From Octopus bimaculoides (taxonomy: Eukaryota): a stretch of DNA of 64,000 nt. The notes beneath the pieces were generated by a model. The model saw nothing but the letters and a program-made list of their open reading frames with translations, was not told the origin of the DNA and ran no database searches. The translations under genes and the position numbers were made by a program. The stretch is taken from the NCBI RefSeq assembly GCF_001194135.2, contig NC_068981.1, forward strand, positions 101,479,440-101,543,439. Direction: 5' to 3'. Within the stretch, counting starts at the first letter, position 1. Each line of letters starts with the position of its first letter. Shown one piece after another: positions 20,070 through 32,000 of this stretch.

Positions 20070-20265
20070 TCTCTCTATATGTATATATGTATGTTTGTAT
20101 GTATATATATGTATATATTGTATATGTGTATATTGTATATATATATACGTATATATTTGTATATATGTATGTACAAGTATGTATATATATGTATGTATAT
20201 ATATGTATAAGTATGTATATGTATGTATGTATGTATATATATATATATGCGTATATATATATATC
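20070..20265. repeat. (TA/TG)-rich compound microsatellite
   Basis: Run of tatatg/tatgta units. Confidence 0.9.
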
Positions 20266-23200
20266 CCACCCCACTCAAACTTTTTGTCACTTGCATATTT
20301 TCAGTGAGTACTGACTAGTGTATACGTATGTATCAATACATTTAAAGCCAAAGATTCTCTAACTTTAAATAAATGAACATTGTTAGTTTATTTCTTTAAA
20401 TTTATTTTTTGAAGTTTATACATTCAATATACACAAACGATGATGATGATGTAGTTATTCAATAAATATGATGCCATTCATTTGTGAATCCCAAAGATTG
20501 GGGTTGGTGACATGGAAATTTCTTTCAAATTATTCTGATGAAAATATGAAGTCTTTTGTATTTTTTTTTTCTCAGTTAGTCAGCAGAAATGAGTAACGTT
20601 GTTTAGCAGGTATCATGTACTTCAGAATGAAAGAAAATAATTTAACAATCAAAAGTATTGTTTCGGTCTCTTCTGTTTAAAGAATGGAAACTTGTAACGT
20701 GTCCAGGCACTGAGCTGTAATTAAAACAACAGAATAGAGTATTATTAGATCTGAAGAAACAATTACAATAGTTGACCACTGTGAAGCCAACAAGCATTGT
20801 TCCAAACACGAGCTTAATAGTGAAGTAGTTAATTATTTTACTAAATCCTTACTTTCATAAAATCCCACAAGCAATATATTTTATTATAATATAGTTATGA
20901 AAAGGTTAATAATTTCTTATATTAACAAGAGACCACTAACTTTAGCATTCACTTTACTGTCAAATGTAATATTTATTGATTCACATTGTTTTGAATTAAT
21001 CATACATCATCTTGTAGCTTTGAGATTTTAGTGAGGTGATTGTTTATCTTTAGAATGACTTTGCAAGGTAAGTGTGAGAGGCTGGATTAAGTCAGTTTGT
21101 ATGTAAAACAGGTAGAATATTTTAGGCTGGATATAGGTTAAAGTGGGGTGGATATAGTTGATTGGATTGACTGTAATATATAACTGATACTTATTTTATT
21201 GCTTCTCCTCACTCCTGTAAGATGAAATATGAACTCAGAATATAAAATGACAAATAATTATTGGTTTCAAATGTTGGCACAAGGTCAGCAGTTTCAGGGA
21301 AGGGGCTAAGTCAACCCAGGTGGCATTTGAACTCAGGATGTAAAGACAGATGAAATGCCACTAAGCATTTTGCCCAGTGTGTACCTAACGATTCTGCCAG
21401 CTCGTAGTCCAGAATGATAGGCAATTATTGAAAGATATTTAATCCTTTAGTGTTTAAGTTACCGTTTTGAATTAATCATGCATTATCTCATAGCTTTGAG
21501 ATTTCAATAATGCAATTTTTTATTTTTGTATGATGTTGCAGGGTAGGTGTAAGAGGCCTGGTCTGGCCAGTTTGAACATAAAACAAAATATTTGTGCCAG
21601 AGATGGCCAGTTTAAATGCTAAAGGGTTAATTTATGGTTCTTTTACAAATTTCATTACCAACAATCTCTAAATTGAAAGTAAATTCTAAAATTCATTTAA
21701 TGTTTAATAGGAAAAATAACTGCCTTTGAGTGAATAAGCTACATCTGCAAGACAATCTCAATTTCCTGATAAAGCTAGTTCCTTTTATTTAAGCTTCTTA
21801 ATGCCTTTGATAAAAGCATCAACATCACAGTCTTATTCCCTTCCCATAAAATTTTTTGTGATTACTTGCCTGAATTAATAAATATTCAATGAAAAAGAAA
21901 GTTTAAATATGTTTTGCTTTGTTTTTCTCAGTCCCAATTTCAAAACCTACCACTGTTGATTTTATCTTTTTGTACTTATCCATTTCTTCTGGTCATTTTT
22001 GATCTACTCCTGGATGAGGCCTCAGAATACTGGTTTATCTATATAGTTGCTAACCACTATGAGCTACCATGTTTCCCATAGTAAGTCAAACATGGTGCTC
22101 TTGTAGACAAGTGATTTTTCTATGGAGTTTATAAAGTAAGTATCAATAATGTATCTATTCTTTTGTCTATACCACTGTTAATACAAATAATAGCATTGTG
22201 CTAAGTGAAAAGCATTCATAGGAAATCAGCATGAGAAACAAAATATTTTGAAATATAGATAATTAGGAGTGCTGGTTAATGAAGGAAAGTGGTAATCAAT
22301 TTGATATACTGCCATTGAATAAAAATACAAATAACAGTTAATTTGGACTTGAGAGGCACACTAGGTGTGATTTTAAAGAGTTGTTGTGAGACGTAGGCCA
22401 GTTCTGAATGAGTAAGCCCATATCAAGTAGCTAGTCAAATGATCAGGTGCAATTCACAGATCTGTAGTTTCAAATTTACCATGCATCTATCTAGTTGAGG
22501 AACATATCACATACTCCAACAAAAGAAAAAAATAGTGGGGCAGTGTGATAGTGTGGATATATTGTAAGTCAAAGCATAACATATATTGTTTCTCTGCAAT
22601 TATAATTATGCTGTGCACCTCGACATTGGTGACCAATAAAGCTATTGATGCTGCTGCTATTTTTGAGTGATGTGTAGAGATGTGTTCTTTATGTTTGTCT
22701 AGTCTAGACTGAATTGGACTGACAGTGTTTTTAAGATACTGTAGTTATGATTTGGGGTGATTGTACATGTGGAGACAGGACTACACTCTGCTTTTTGCCA
22801 TCTTCTTAGCTTATACAACTCTTTTACTTCACAGCAGAGTGGTTGGTAATAGGGAAGTCATCCAGTTGTAAAAATTACAAACTCCAACAAAATGAAAAAA
22901 AAAAAAATAATTACCTATGCAATTATGGAATAAGAAAAGGATTACCATCTTATACACTATATAGTTAAAAAATATAACAACAGGAGAATGAAAGAGAACA
23001 GAGCTACTATAGTGACATTAGCTACACATGACAGAAAATTCCATATATTTTTAGGTACTGGAAAAATTAAATTAAACTATGTTTATTATATTAATTTTGA
23101 AGGCAGTGAGCTGGCAGGGGAACAAAATGCTTAGTGGCATTTTTTCCAGCTTTACATTCTGAGTTCAAATGCCATTGAGGTCAACTTTGCCTTTCATTCT

Positions 23201-23448
23201 TTCAAGGTTAGTATTATTGACTAGCCACCGATTCACAAATTTCAGGCCTTGTGCCTATAGTAGAAAGAATCATCATGTTAACCTTAATATATGATTTGAT
23301 AATTTTGATTGTTTCTTGCTGTTAGTTTAGTATCAAAGATGGAACAATTGTTAAACAGAGGCTAAACTTACAGCAAGATCAGCAAATTCATGATCAATAC
23401 TCCAATGATGTGATAGAGCATTTGTTTAATTACAGAAATTTTACTTAC

Positions 23449-23492
23449 CTCATTTGCTTTTGGAGAATGATAAGTGTTTGCCATGTTGTCAT
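23449..23492 (-). CDS. GNPTG: candidate GNPTG exon 9 (44 nt)
   Basis: Long T tract + ccaaaattcag acceptor and GAG|gtaagt donor. Open and in phase with the 28019 donor, giving (N)DNMANTYHSPKANE. No homology support. Confidence 0.5.
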
Positions 23493-23677
23493 CTGAATTT
23501 TGGAAAAAAAAAAAAAAAGAAATTTTAGTACCTTATAAATGCAGAACATTTAATAAAACATGCATTTGTTTTGCAAGAATTTTGATGTGAAAATGTGTGT
23601 TGAAACAGATATTGTTATACTTGGGGATAATCTTTTTTTTTTTAGCCAATTAAACATGCACTATTTATTTGATCAGT

Positions 23678-24200
23678 GAAGGTGCGTGGCTTAGTGGTTA
23701 GCACATTCTACTCATGATCATAAGGTCATGAGTTCAATTCCTGGCAACGTGTTGTGTCCTGGAGCAAGACACTTTATTTCACATTGCTTGCTCCAGTCCA
23801 CTCAGCTGGCAAAAATGAGTAGTACCTGTATTTCAAAGGGCCAGCCTTGTCACACTCTGTGTCATNNNNNNNNNNCTATCCTATCATATTTATTTGATCT
23901 TAACTTTAGTTTTTATCCATATTATTTTTAGTTTATGTCTCTCTCAAAGTTCTTTCATCATACATTCTGTGACCTCATCAGTAACTTTCTGTCCTGTGCC
24001 TCTCCATTTTATCCTACAAATGAAAACTGAAGATCAAATAAATAGCACGTGTTTAATTTTTTTTGCTGTAGTTTCAGCTCAGAGCTGCGGCCNNNNNNNN
24101 NNTCTGTGGAGTGCTCAGCCACTTGCACATTAATTTCACGAGTAAGCTGTTCTGTTGATCGCATCAGCTGGGACCCTCGTTGTCGTAACCAACAGAGTGC
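23678..24200 (+). mobile_element. tRNA-derived SINE (CORE-like body + family-A tail) interrupted by a misplaced contig
   Basis: Head ggtgcgtggcttagtggttag...gagttcaattcc, body gttgtgtcctggagcaagacact, tail aaagggccagccttgtcaca; resumes after the second gap (tctgtggagtgctcagcc...). Confidence 0.65.
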
Positions 24201-24534
24201 TCCTATCCTATCATATTTATTTGATCTTAACTTTAGTTTTTATCCATATTATTTTTAGTTTATGTCTCTCTCAAAGTTCTTTCATCATACATTCTGTGAC
24301 CTCATCAGTAACTTTCTGTCCTGTGCCTCTCCATTTTATCCTACAAATGAAAACTGAAGATCAAATAAATAGCACGTGTTTAATTTTTTTTGCTGTAGTT
24401 TCAGCTCAGAGCTGCGGCCAAGCTGATGCACCGCCATTTAATTAACCAAAAAAAAACCCTTCCCAAGTATAACAATATTTAATAAAACAGTTTGGCGTGA
24501 ATTTGTTTAATGGTTTATTTTTTTAATGGTTTAT

Positions 24535-24603
24535 ATATCTATTAAATCCCTTCTATTAAGGGATTTAATAGATATCCCTTAATAGAAGGGATATCTATTA
24601 AAT
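24535..24603. repeat. Overlapping double hairpin with reverse-complementary loops
   Basis: atatctattaaatccctt-CTATT-aagggatttaatagatat overlapping atttaatagatatccctt-AATAG-aagggatatctattaaat. Confidence 0.9.
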
Positions 24604-26457
24604 TCAAATTCATGAAGTATTTAGTTTTTGCCATCACAGGCAAAACACTGTGTCAATGTAAAGACCTTGAAGTCTCTCTAATGGTCCAGTTCATCTAGCA
24701 GTAAAAAGATATCATTGGGAAACAACTAAAAGTTATGTAGTGTCAGCCAACTGACTGAACTCACCATGACTCAGCTTTTATTGTTCTGAGAATCAGCTTA
24801 ACCCTTATTTAAATATCAGACACTTAACTAATACTTAACTCTCAATGTCCGTAAATATACACGATAAAGAGCATCACTTTTCTAATTTAAGCAGCACAAT
24901 CATTGTAAAACAGTCCTCTTCTCAAACCTTGAAACACTACATGCAGATGAAGAACTCACTGGTGACTCAGTCTTTTTTTTTAAATTGTTACAAATTAGGC
25001 AGGGGAAGACGGGCAGACACAATGATCTTTGCAGATCTTCCCAGGTAGTGAGATTCTGTTAGTGATAGCCAGCCTGAAAATCTGCAAGAAAAAACGTGTG
25101 TGTGTGTATGATCCAAAAGAGAGCCTTCCCATGATAATTCGAACTGCTAGAAATAGCAGCTAAATCTCTCTCAAATCACAAACCTCCCTACTGTCCTAAA
25201 GAAAGACATAAATAAAAATAAGGACACAATGGACAATGTAGTCCTTGATATACAAAAATGTTTTTGATCATAGGACTACCTGATCAGAACTAAACTTAGG
25301 GTTGAACAACAATAATAACATGTGAGGTAGGAACTGCAAGTCTAGTCAGGATGAGCTCCTGAAAAAGCATCTGAGAATTGATTATTAAATAAGGCAGTGT
25401 ATTTAACCTACTACATGATATATTGTGCAATGCATTTGGGGCTTATTTACAAATACCCAAACACTGTATTTGTATACATAGTAAAGCTCTATGTAGGTAA
25501 AAGTCTGACTAGTGAAACTTGACTACAATATAAAATATATCTTCCTAAAATCAATGAACTTCGAAAAGAACAGTGCTTAGTCTCAATTTCGTAATAAACA
25601 GATAAATAATAAATCTTCCTCAGAATAGGATGCTGGTGTATCACAGGATAGAGACAGCTCCTATGTAATCATTCAGCCTACTAGAAATAGCAGCTAAGTT
25701 TCTCAAAATCACACCTGACCATGTTAAAAACAAACAAGAAGAGCACATTGGATTGTATAATTGTAGATACTTTATGCCTGAAATGAGAAAAGGTGGAGTA
25801 GTTATCATTGCTGAAATGCCTTAGATCATATTTTTGGTTCATCTTGTTGGTAAGGTTTAGTGGTTGCAATGTAAGTTTGGTTTAATAATGTATTTTTGTG
25901 GTGTTTAAAAAAAAACATCACTATAGATTATTTGATAGGGTAAGATGAAATACAGTGTTTGTGAGGAGAAAGAAGTAGAGTAACAGGAGGTTGAAAAAGC
26001 CAAAATGTTTACATACTGTGAAGTTGCTCTTAATCTTTTCTTTGTAAAATTAATGTGATACTTTATTTAAATTTATATGTGCTAACTTAATTAATATTAA
26101 AATGTTTTTATGTATAATTATACATAAAAAACACACACACATGCATATATGTATACATGCACATGCACAAACACAAGTGAGTGAACGAATGAAAGAAAGG
26201 TACTCTTAACACATTTGGTTGGAGTTAGATGTATTTAATAACAGTTTGACTTAGCTCCATATTACTTTAAGTTTCATGGGCATAGGACACATCCATCTTG
26301 TTTGCAACACATGAGTTTAAAGATAAACATGAAAGAATATAACTAATATTTTTGATAGACTAAACAACTACATGATCTGAGCTGACCAATGGAGGCCTAA
26401 ATACCTAGAAGACATTATGAATTTATTTAACCTCTACTTTGTCTCTAAAACATCTGA

Positions 26458-27000
26458 TTGAAATTTAAAGATGTGGCTTATGTCTTGCTGCTGACTAGCG
26501 TTTGAAGCTTGTCCTATTTTTATAGGGAGTTCATGGCTTAAATTAGTATATGTTTTGGATAGGACTTGATTAGTAGAGGATAGTCACATGACTGGTCTTA
26601 GAAATCTTTGTAGATTCCCTGCTATGTCCGTGTGTTAGTATCAAGTGACAATGTTTGGCGTCATAAGCTAAGGCTGAACATGTCTGGTGACAGTATCAAA
26701 CAATCAATGTTCTGAATGTTTTCTGTCAACTGTTTGTAGAGAATGAACATGTGATTAAGTTTAGAACCTTTTGTATGTTTCCTGCTACGTCCATGCATTA
26801 GTGTCAAGTGACAGTATATTTTGCACCTAAAATGAAGCAGGGAACCTACAAAAATTTCTAAAACCAATCATGTGACTATCCTCTGCCAATCAAGTTCTAT
26901 TCAAAACATATATTAATTTAAGCCATGAACTCCCTATAAAAATAGGACAAACTTCAAACACTAGTTAGAAGCAAGACATAACCACGTCTTTCAATTTCAA
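26458..27000. mobile_element. Foldback element / MITE with ~165-bp imperfect inverted arms
   Basis: 26458-26623 is the imperfect reverse complement of 26836-27000; ~210-bp spacer. Confidence 0.8.
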
Positions 27001-27129
27001 CTTTTTTGAAAATCAGTGTGAACTGTGAAACCAAACGATATACACAAGGTTACATTGTGGAATGACCAGAAGGGAAAGGGTGGAGAAAAAGTTCTTTCTA
27101 AGACAGAAGAGTGTAAGAGAAGGACGTAG

Positions 27130-27800
27130 GTATGTGTGCGTGCACGCAGGTCCGTGTGTGTGTGTGTGTGTGTAATAACAGCACGTGTATGTCCGTGTGT
27201 GTGTGTGTGTGTGTGTGTCGCTTAACATTGTAGAAGGAATTAGTAGCAGGAATTATTTGGGAGTGGTTGTAGACGATGGTCAGTAGAAATTGAGCAAGCA
27301 GTTTTTAAGTATGTGTGTGTGCGTGTATGTGTATGTTGTGTGAGTGTGTTTTTCTTGCAGTGTGTGCCTGTATCTGTGTGTGCGTGTGTGTATGTGTATA
27401 TATGTGTGTGTACGTGTGTGTGTATATGCGTGCAATTTGCTCTGTGGATCGCATGTGGGTTATTTTGTGTGTGTGTGTGTGCGTGTATGTGCGTATGTAA
27501 GTCCATGTATGTATACTTAGGTGTGTGTATGTTAGTGTTTGTTGTGTGTGTATGTGAGTTATGTTTGGGTTCATTTGCGTGTGTGTCCATGTATGTATAC
27601 TTGGGCGTGTGTTGTGTGTGTAGGAGTTATGTGTGGGTTCATTTGCGTGTGTGTGTATGTGAGCTCGTTTGTACATGTGTGTGTGTGTGTGCATGTGTAT
27701 GTGTGTGTGCGCGTGTGTAGACGGGGGGGGTTGTGTGGAAGTATATGTATGTGCGTGTATGTGTTCATGTGTGTGTGTGTGTATGCGTGTGTGTTCTGTT
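27130..27800. repeat. (TG)n-derived low-complexity tract
   Basis: ~670 bp of degenerate TG/TATG repeats; gggttcatttgcgtgtgtgt occurs twice. Confidence 0.9.
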
Positions 27801-27959
27801 GGTGAAGTAAATTAATAAGAATTTATACTTTTAGATTGGAAAAAGATCGTACAGACAAACCAAAATGAGATGATATGTGTATTATGTTATATAAAAGGAA
27901 ACTAGTGGTGTTAATAAAATAAAATAAGTTTATTGAGGAAACTAAACTGTCTCACAGTG

Positions 27960-28088
27960 TCAGTTCATTGGTATCTTTCCTCCTCTGTGGTGCTCACTAA
28001 TATTGAAATAAGACTTACTACTCTTCACTTCCTTCAGCATTAGTAGAGTGCGTAAACCCTCAATTTCTGCTTGAAGTATATTAAATGC
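27960..28088 (-). CDS. GNPTG: GNPTG exon 8 (ends at internal GTAAGT donor after 28019, or reads to TGA at 27960)
   Basis: tttgcag|[20 protein letters not shown] resembles human [20 protein letters not shown]. Confidence 0.78.
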   Translation of the reverse strand, partial: AFNILQAEIEGLRTLLMLKEVKSSKSYFNISEHHRGGKIPMN

Positions 28089-28979
28089 CTGCAAATAAAT
28101 AAATTCAAAAGTTTCCAGTTGAATATGTAATTCTAATAGAGGGCGGCTAGCTGGCAGAATCATTAGCACGCCAGACAAAATACTTAGTGACATTTCTGCA
28201 ATTTTTATGTTCTGAGTTCAAATTCTGCCAAGATCGACTTTGCCTTTCATCCTTTTAGGGTCAATAAAAACGTGGGCCAGTTGAGAACTGGGGTCAATGT
28301 AATCAACTTGCCCCCTCCCCCGAAATTGCTGGCCTTGTGCCAAAATTTGAAACCAATATGTATGATAAAGTATATCACTGTTTTTCTGTTGTAGCAGGAG
28401 GAGGACTACTGCAACAACAACAATAATTATTGCTGTTGTCTGAGAACAACAATTATTTCTGATAAAGGCAAAAGGCCTGAAACTGAGGGATAGGAATAGC
28501 CAATTATATTGAACTCAGAGCATAAGTGATACTTTATTTTATCAACTTTGAAGGGATAGAAGTTGACCTCAGCAGGAATTGAACTGAGAATGTAAAGAGC
28601 CAGAGCAAATACTTCTAAACTCTGAATTGACTTGCTTGGTATCAAAATATTCTGCAGTCAAACTGTACCAACCAATCTAATATTCTAATATATTCCTTGT
28701 TTCTTTTCTAATATCAGCACTTTCCTCTTTATTAGCAACCAGTATTCTCATATATTGACAAATCAACAGTTGTTTAACATCTCCACTGCACTGGAAAGTA
28801 AAATTAGGAAAATTCTACTTATAGCACAGGCATGGCTGTGTGGTAAGAAACTTGCTTCCCAACCACATGGTTCCAGGTTCAGTCCCACTTCATGGCACCT
28901 TGGGCAAGTGTCTTCTACTATAGCCTCAGATTGAGTGTATTTGATAGATGGAAACTGAAAGAAGTCAGTTGTGTGTATG

Positions 28980-29023
<44 letters not shown>

Positions 29024-32000
29024 ACAAATAATCAGAAAATGGAGAAAACCTCAGATTAACAAACACATCAACTGGACCATATTTATAGCTTATTTTCTAA
29101 TATACAAAGCATGGCATAATAAATAGGTGATGTAACAAATTTCACAGCCTTTTCTGGATCTGTTGCCAAGCGCTGTCTATAAATAATTGCAAAAATAAAG
29201 TTCTTCATCTTCACAGGACATTCGAATTAAGGCACAGAGGTTCATTAGAGTAAAAAAACAAGAGCATCCAATATAAACGAAGGGAAGAAGGAATAGGAAA
29301 GAAAACATGGCCGAGAAAAGAAGTCTAGAAGCCCAGTATATTAAAAGCATATAATCTACCATTCTTGGGGCTACAAGGTCTGTAGGTAAAAAAGTGAGCT
29401 AATAATGGTCTAGGGAATACTTCAATTTATTTACGGGTAGTTTCAATTAAAGTGGGAAGGGGGGGGGGAAGATGTTTTAAAATTTAAGGATAGAATTTAT
29501 CAAAAAAAATATATAAGGAAACTTACATGATTATCAAAGGGCAGTACCTATGCTAATGAAGTAAATTCATTTACTAAATGTATCCAAAACATTACCGTAG
29601 GGTGCTTAAGAAAGTTTACTCAGAAATATTATCAAGAATCCCACCTATTGTTCACAATGGAGTAAGTCTAAATCCAGTGGTCTCTACAATTGGTCAGTTC
29701 AATTTGAACCGGGGTCACAAGTTATAATCATTACAATGGATATGTCCATAAAAATAAACGTTATAACATGCATGTTATAACATTAAGCTGCTGAAGGACA
29801 TAGCAGCCCCGCACCACTTATATCATTGTATTCCCCACCGAACCCTTTATCTTTACTTGTTTATTTTTATGGACATGTCCATTGTAATGGTTTTAATTTG
29901 TGACCTCAGTTCAAATTGTAGAGACTGCTGGACTTAGACTTGCCCCATTGTGGACAATAAGTGGGATTCTTGGTAATATTTCAGTGAGTAAACTTTCTTA
30001 ATCACCCTACAATATTGTTTTGGATACATTTTACTTGAGTTTACTTTGTTAGCATAGGTAATGCCCTTTGATAGTCATGTTAGTAAGTTTCCTTATATAT
30101 ATTTTTTTTTTGATAACTTCTTTCCTTAAATTTTAGAACATCTTGCCCCCCCCCCCCTTAAATTGAAACTACCCGTAAATAAATTGAAGTATTCCCTAGA
30201 CCAGAACTGGATGGGCATAGATGGAATAGTTCAGCAGGATCTTATTTTATTTGCCATAAGTCTGCAGGATACTATTCTGTTTGGTTACAAGTCTGTAGGA
30301 TCGGGGTTAACCTGGGGTTAAACCAGGGCTGGCCAACCTGAGGCCCATGGGTCACATGTGGCCCGCAGACTTTTATCATGCAGCCCACTCGATACTTTTT
30401 TGAAGTATTGTGTATAATTTCAAAATAAAATAGTTTGTGTAAAACATTTGTTTCAAAATAAATTTAAAATTTATAAGTGGCAATAAAGCAATAGCCTACA
30501 ATTTTATAATTTTAAACAAACGAAAAGTATGAAAAATTCTTGATTCTGTAATTTGATTATTTGACTATTAGTGCATAAAGTATACAAGTGGCCTGCAATG
30601 TAATTCGAGGTGGCCAGGCCTGGGTTAAACACAGTAAAATAAAGTAACTTACCGCAGTACATTGCTCAAGCGAAGTGAATTGATTATTTCCAGTATTGCT
30701 ATTGTTACTTGATAGCATATCATTTGATTTTTTACTCAATGGTTTTGTATTAGTCTGAATAAAACCAGCTCTCTGAAATATTTTGGTCAGTTCTTTGTTG
30801 TACCCCTGGAAAATTTCAAATACAAGCACAATGTTTAAAATGTTTTTTTTTTCGATTTGAGGAGAAAAGTGTTAATTATATTAATATATTAACCCCAGTA
30901 CTTTACTCTTGACTTCACCTTGGAGGATGTAGAGGGGGCTGGCATAGAACAGCCAACAATGGAGAGCACTGGTGGACCTGGTCAGCTCTGTGCATGATGC
31001 TGTTATCTGGGACCACTAACCTGAGATGACCCCAGCCCCATCTAGCAAGAGAATGAAGCAAGCAAGCAGTACTTTACTGGTACTTACTTTATGATCTGTG
31101 AAAGGATGAAAGCCAACCTTGGAAGAATTTGAACTCAGAATGGAAAAGGATGAGGAGGAAAGTGATACTTATTTTAAGAACCTTAATACTTGACAAGTAC
31201 TTAATTTAGTGACCCATGGAAGGATGAAAGTCGACCTTGGAGGAATAGCATTAAAGGCATTTCTACAATGCTCTAACAATTCTGTCAATCCATCTTCCTA
31301 TTATTCAAAAATATTGGTTTCAAATTTTGGCACAAGGCCAACAATTTGAGGGGAGAGGGATAAGTCAATTTCATTGACCCCAGTGTACAACTGGTACTTA
31401 TTTTATCAACCCCTTAAAGCATGAAAGACAAAGATAACCTCAGTGGAATTTGAACTCAGAACACAAAGACATGAAATGTCACTAAGCATTTTGCCTGGCA
31501 TGCTAATGATTCTGTCTGATATTCAAAAATATTAAGAAGCCAATGAAGGAGCTTCTACATGGTTACTGAACCTGCTAAAAATAGCAACTAAATCTTCTTC
31601 AATCAATAACCTGCTATCTTTAAAAAAAAAATACACTTAATGTAGTCTAAAATACAACATGCCTGAAAATAAGTACAGGATGGTCCTGATTGGAATACTT
31701 TTGACTTTTGATCAGCTCTGACACTAACTTAGCAGAAATACTGGTTTCACATTTTGGCACAAGGCCAGTAATTTCGAAGGTGGGACTAAGTTGATTACAT
31801 TGGCTCCAGTGTTCGACTGATATTTATATTTATCGACCTGGAAAGGATGAATGGCAAAGTTAACCTTGGTGAGCTTAACAGAAATATTCTTTGCTACTCT
31901 AGGCACAAGGCCTGAAATTTGGGGGGAAGGGGCCAGTTGATTAGATCGACCCCAGTACACAACTGGTACTTAATTTATCGACCCTGAAATGATGAATGGC

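Noticed and set aside
23336-23500. Plus-strand frame IKDGTIVKQRLNLQQDQQIHDQY as an exon of a fourth gene
   Set aside because: No partner exons or homology; the stronger splice signals here are on minus.
23876-24419. Exact 217-bp duplication (23876-24092 = 24203-24419)
   Set aside because: The first copy is bounded by two 10-N gaps and splits a SINE whose two halves flank it; most likely a misplaced contig.
27013-27805. His/Thr- and Cys/Val-rich ORFs (also 19981-20314)
   Set aside because: Translations of TG/TA microsatellite tracts.
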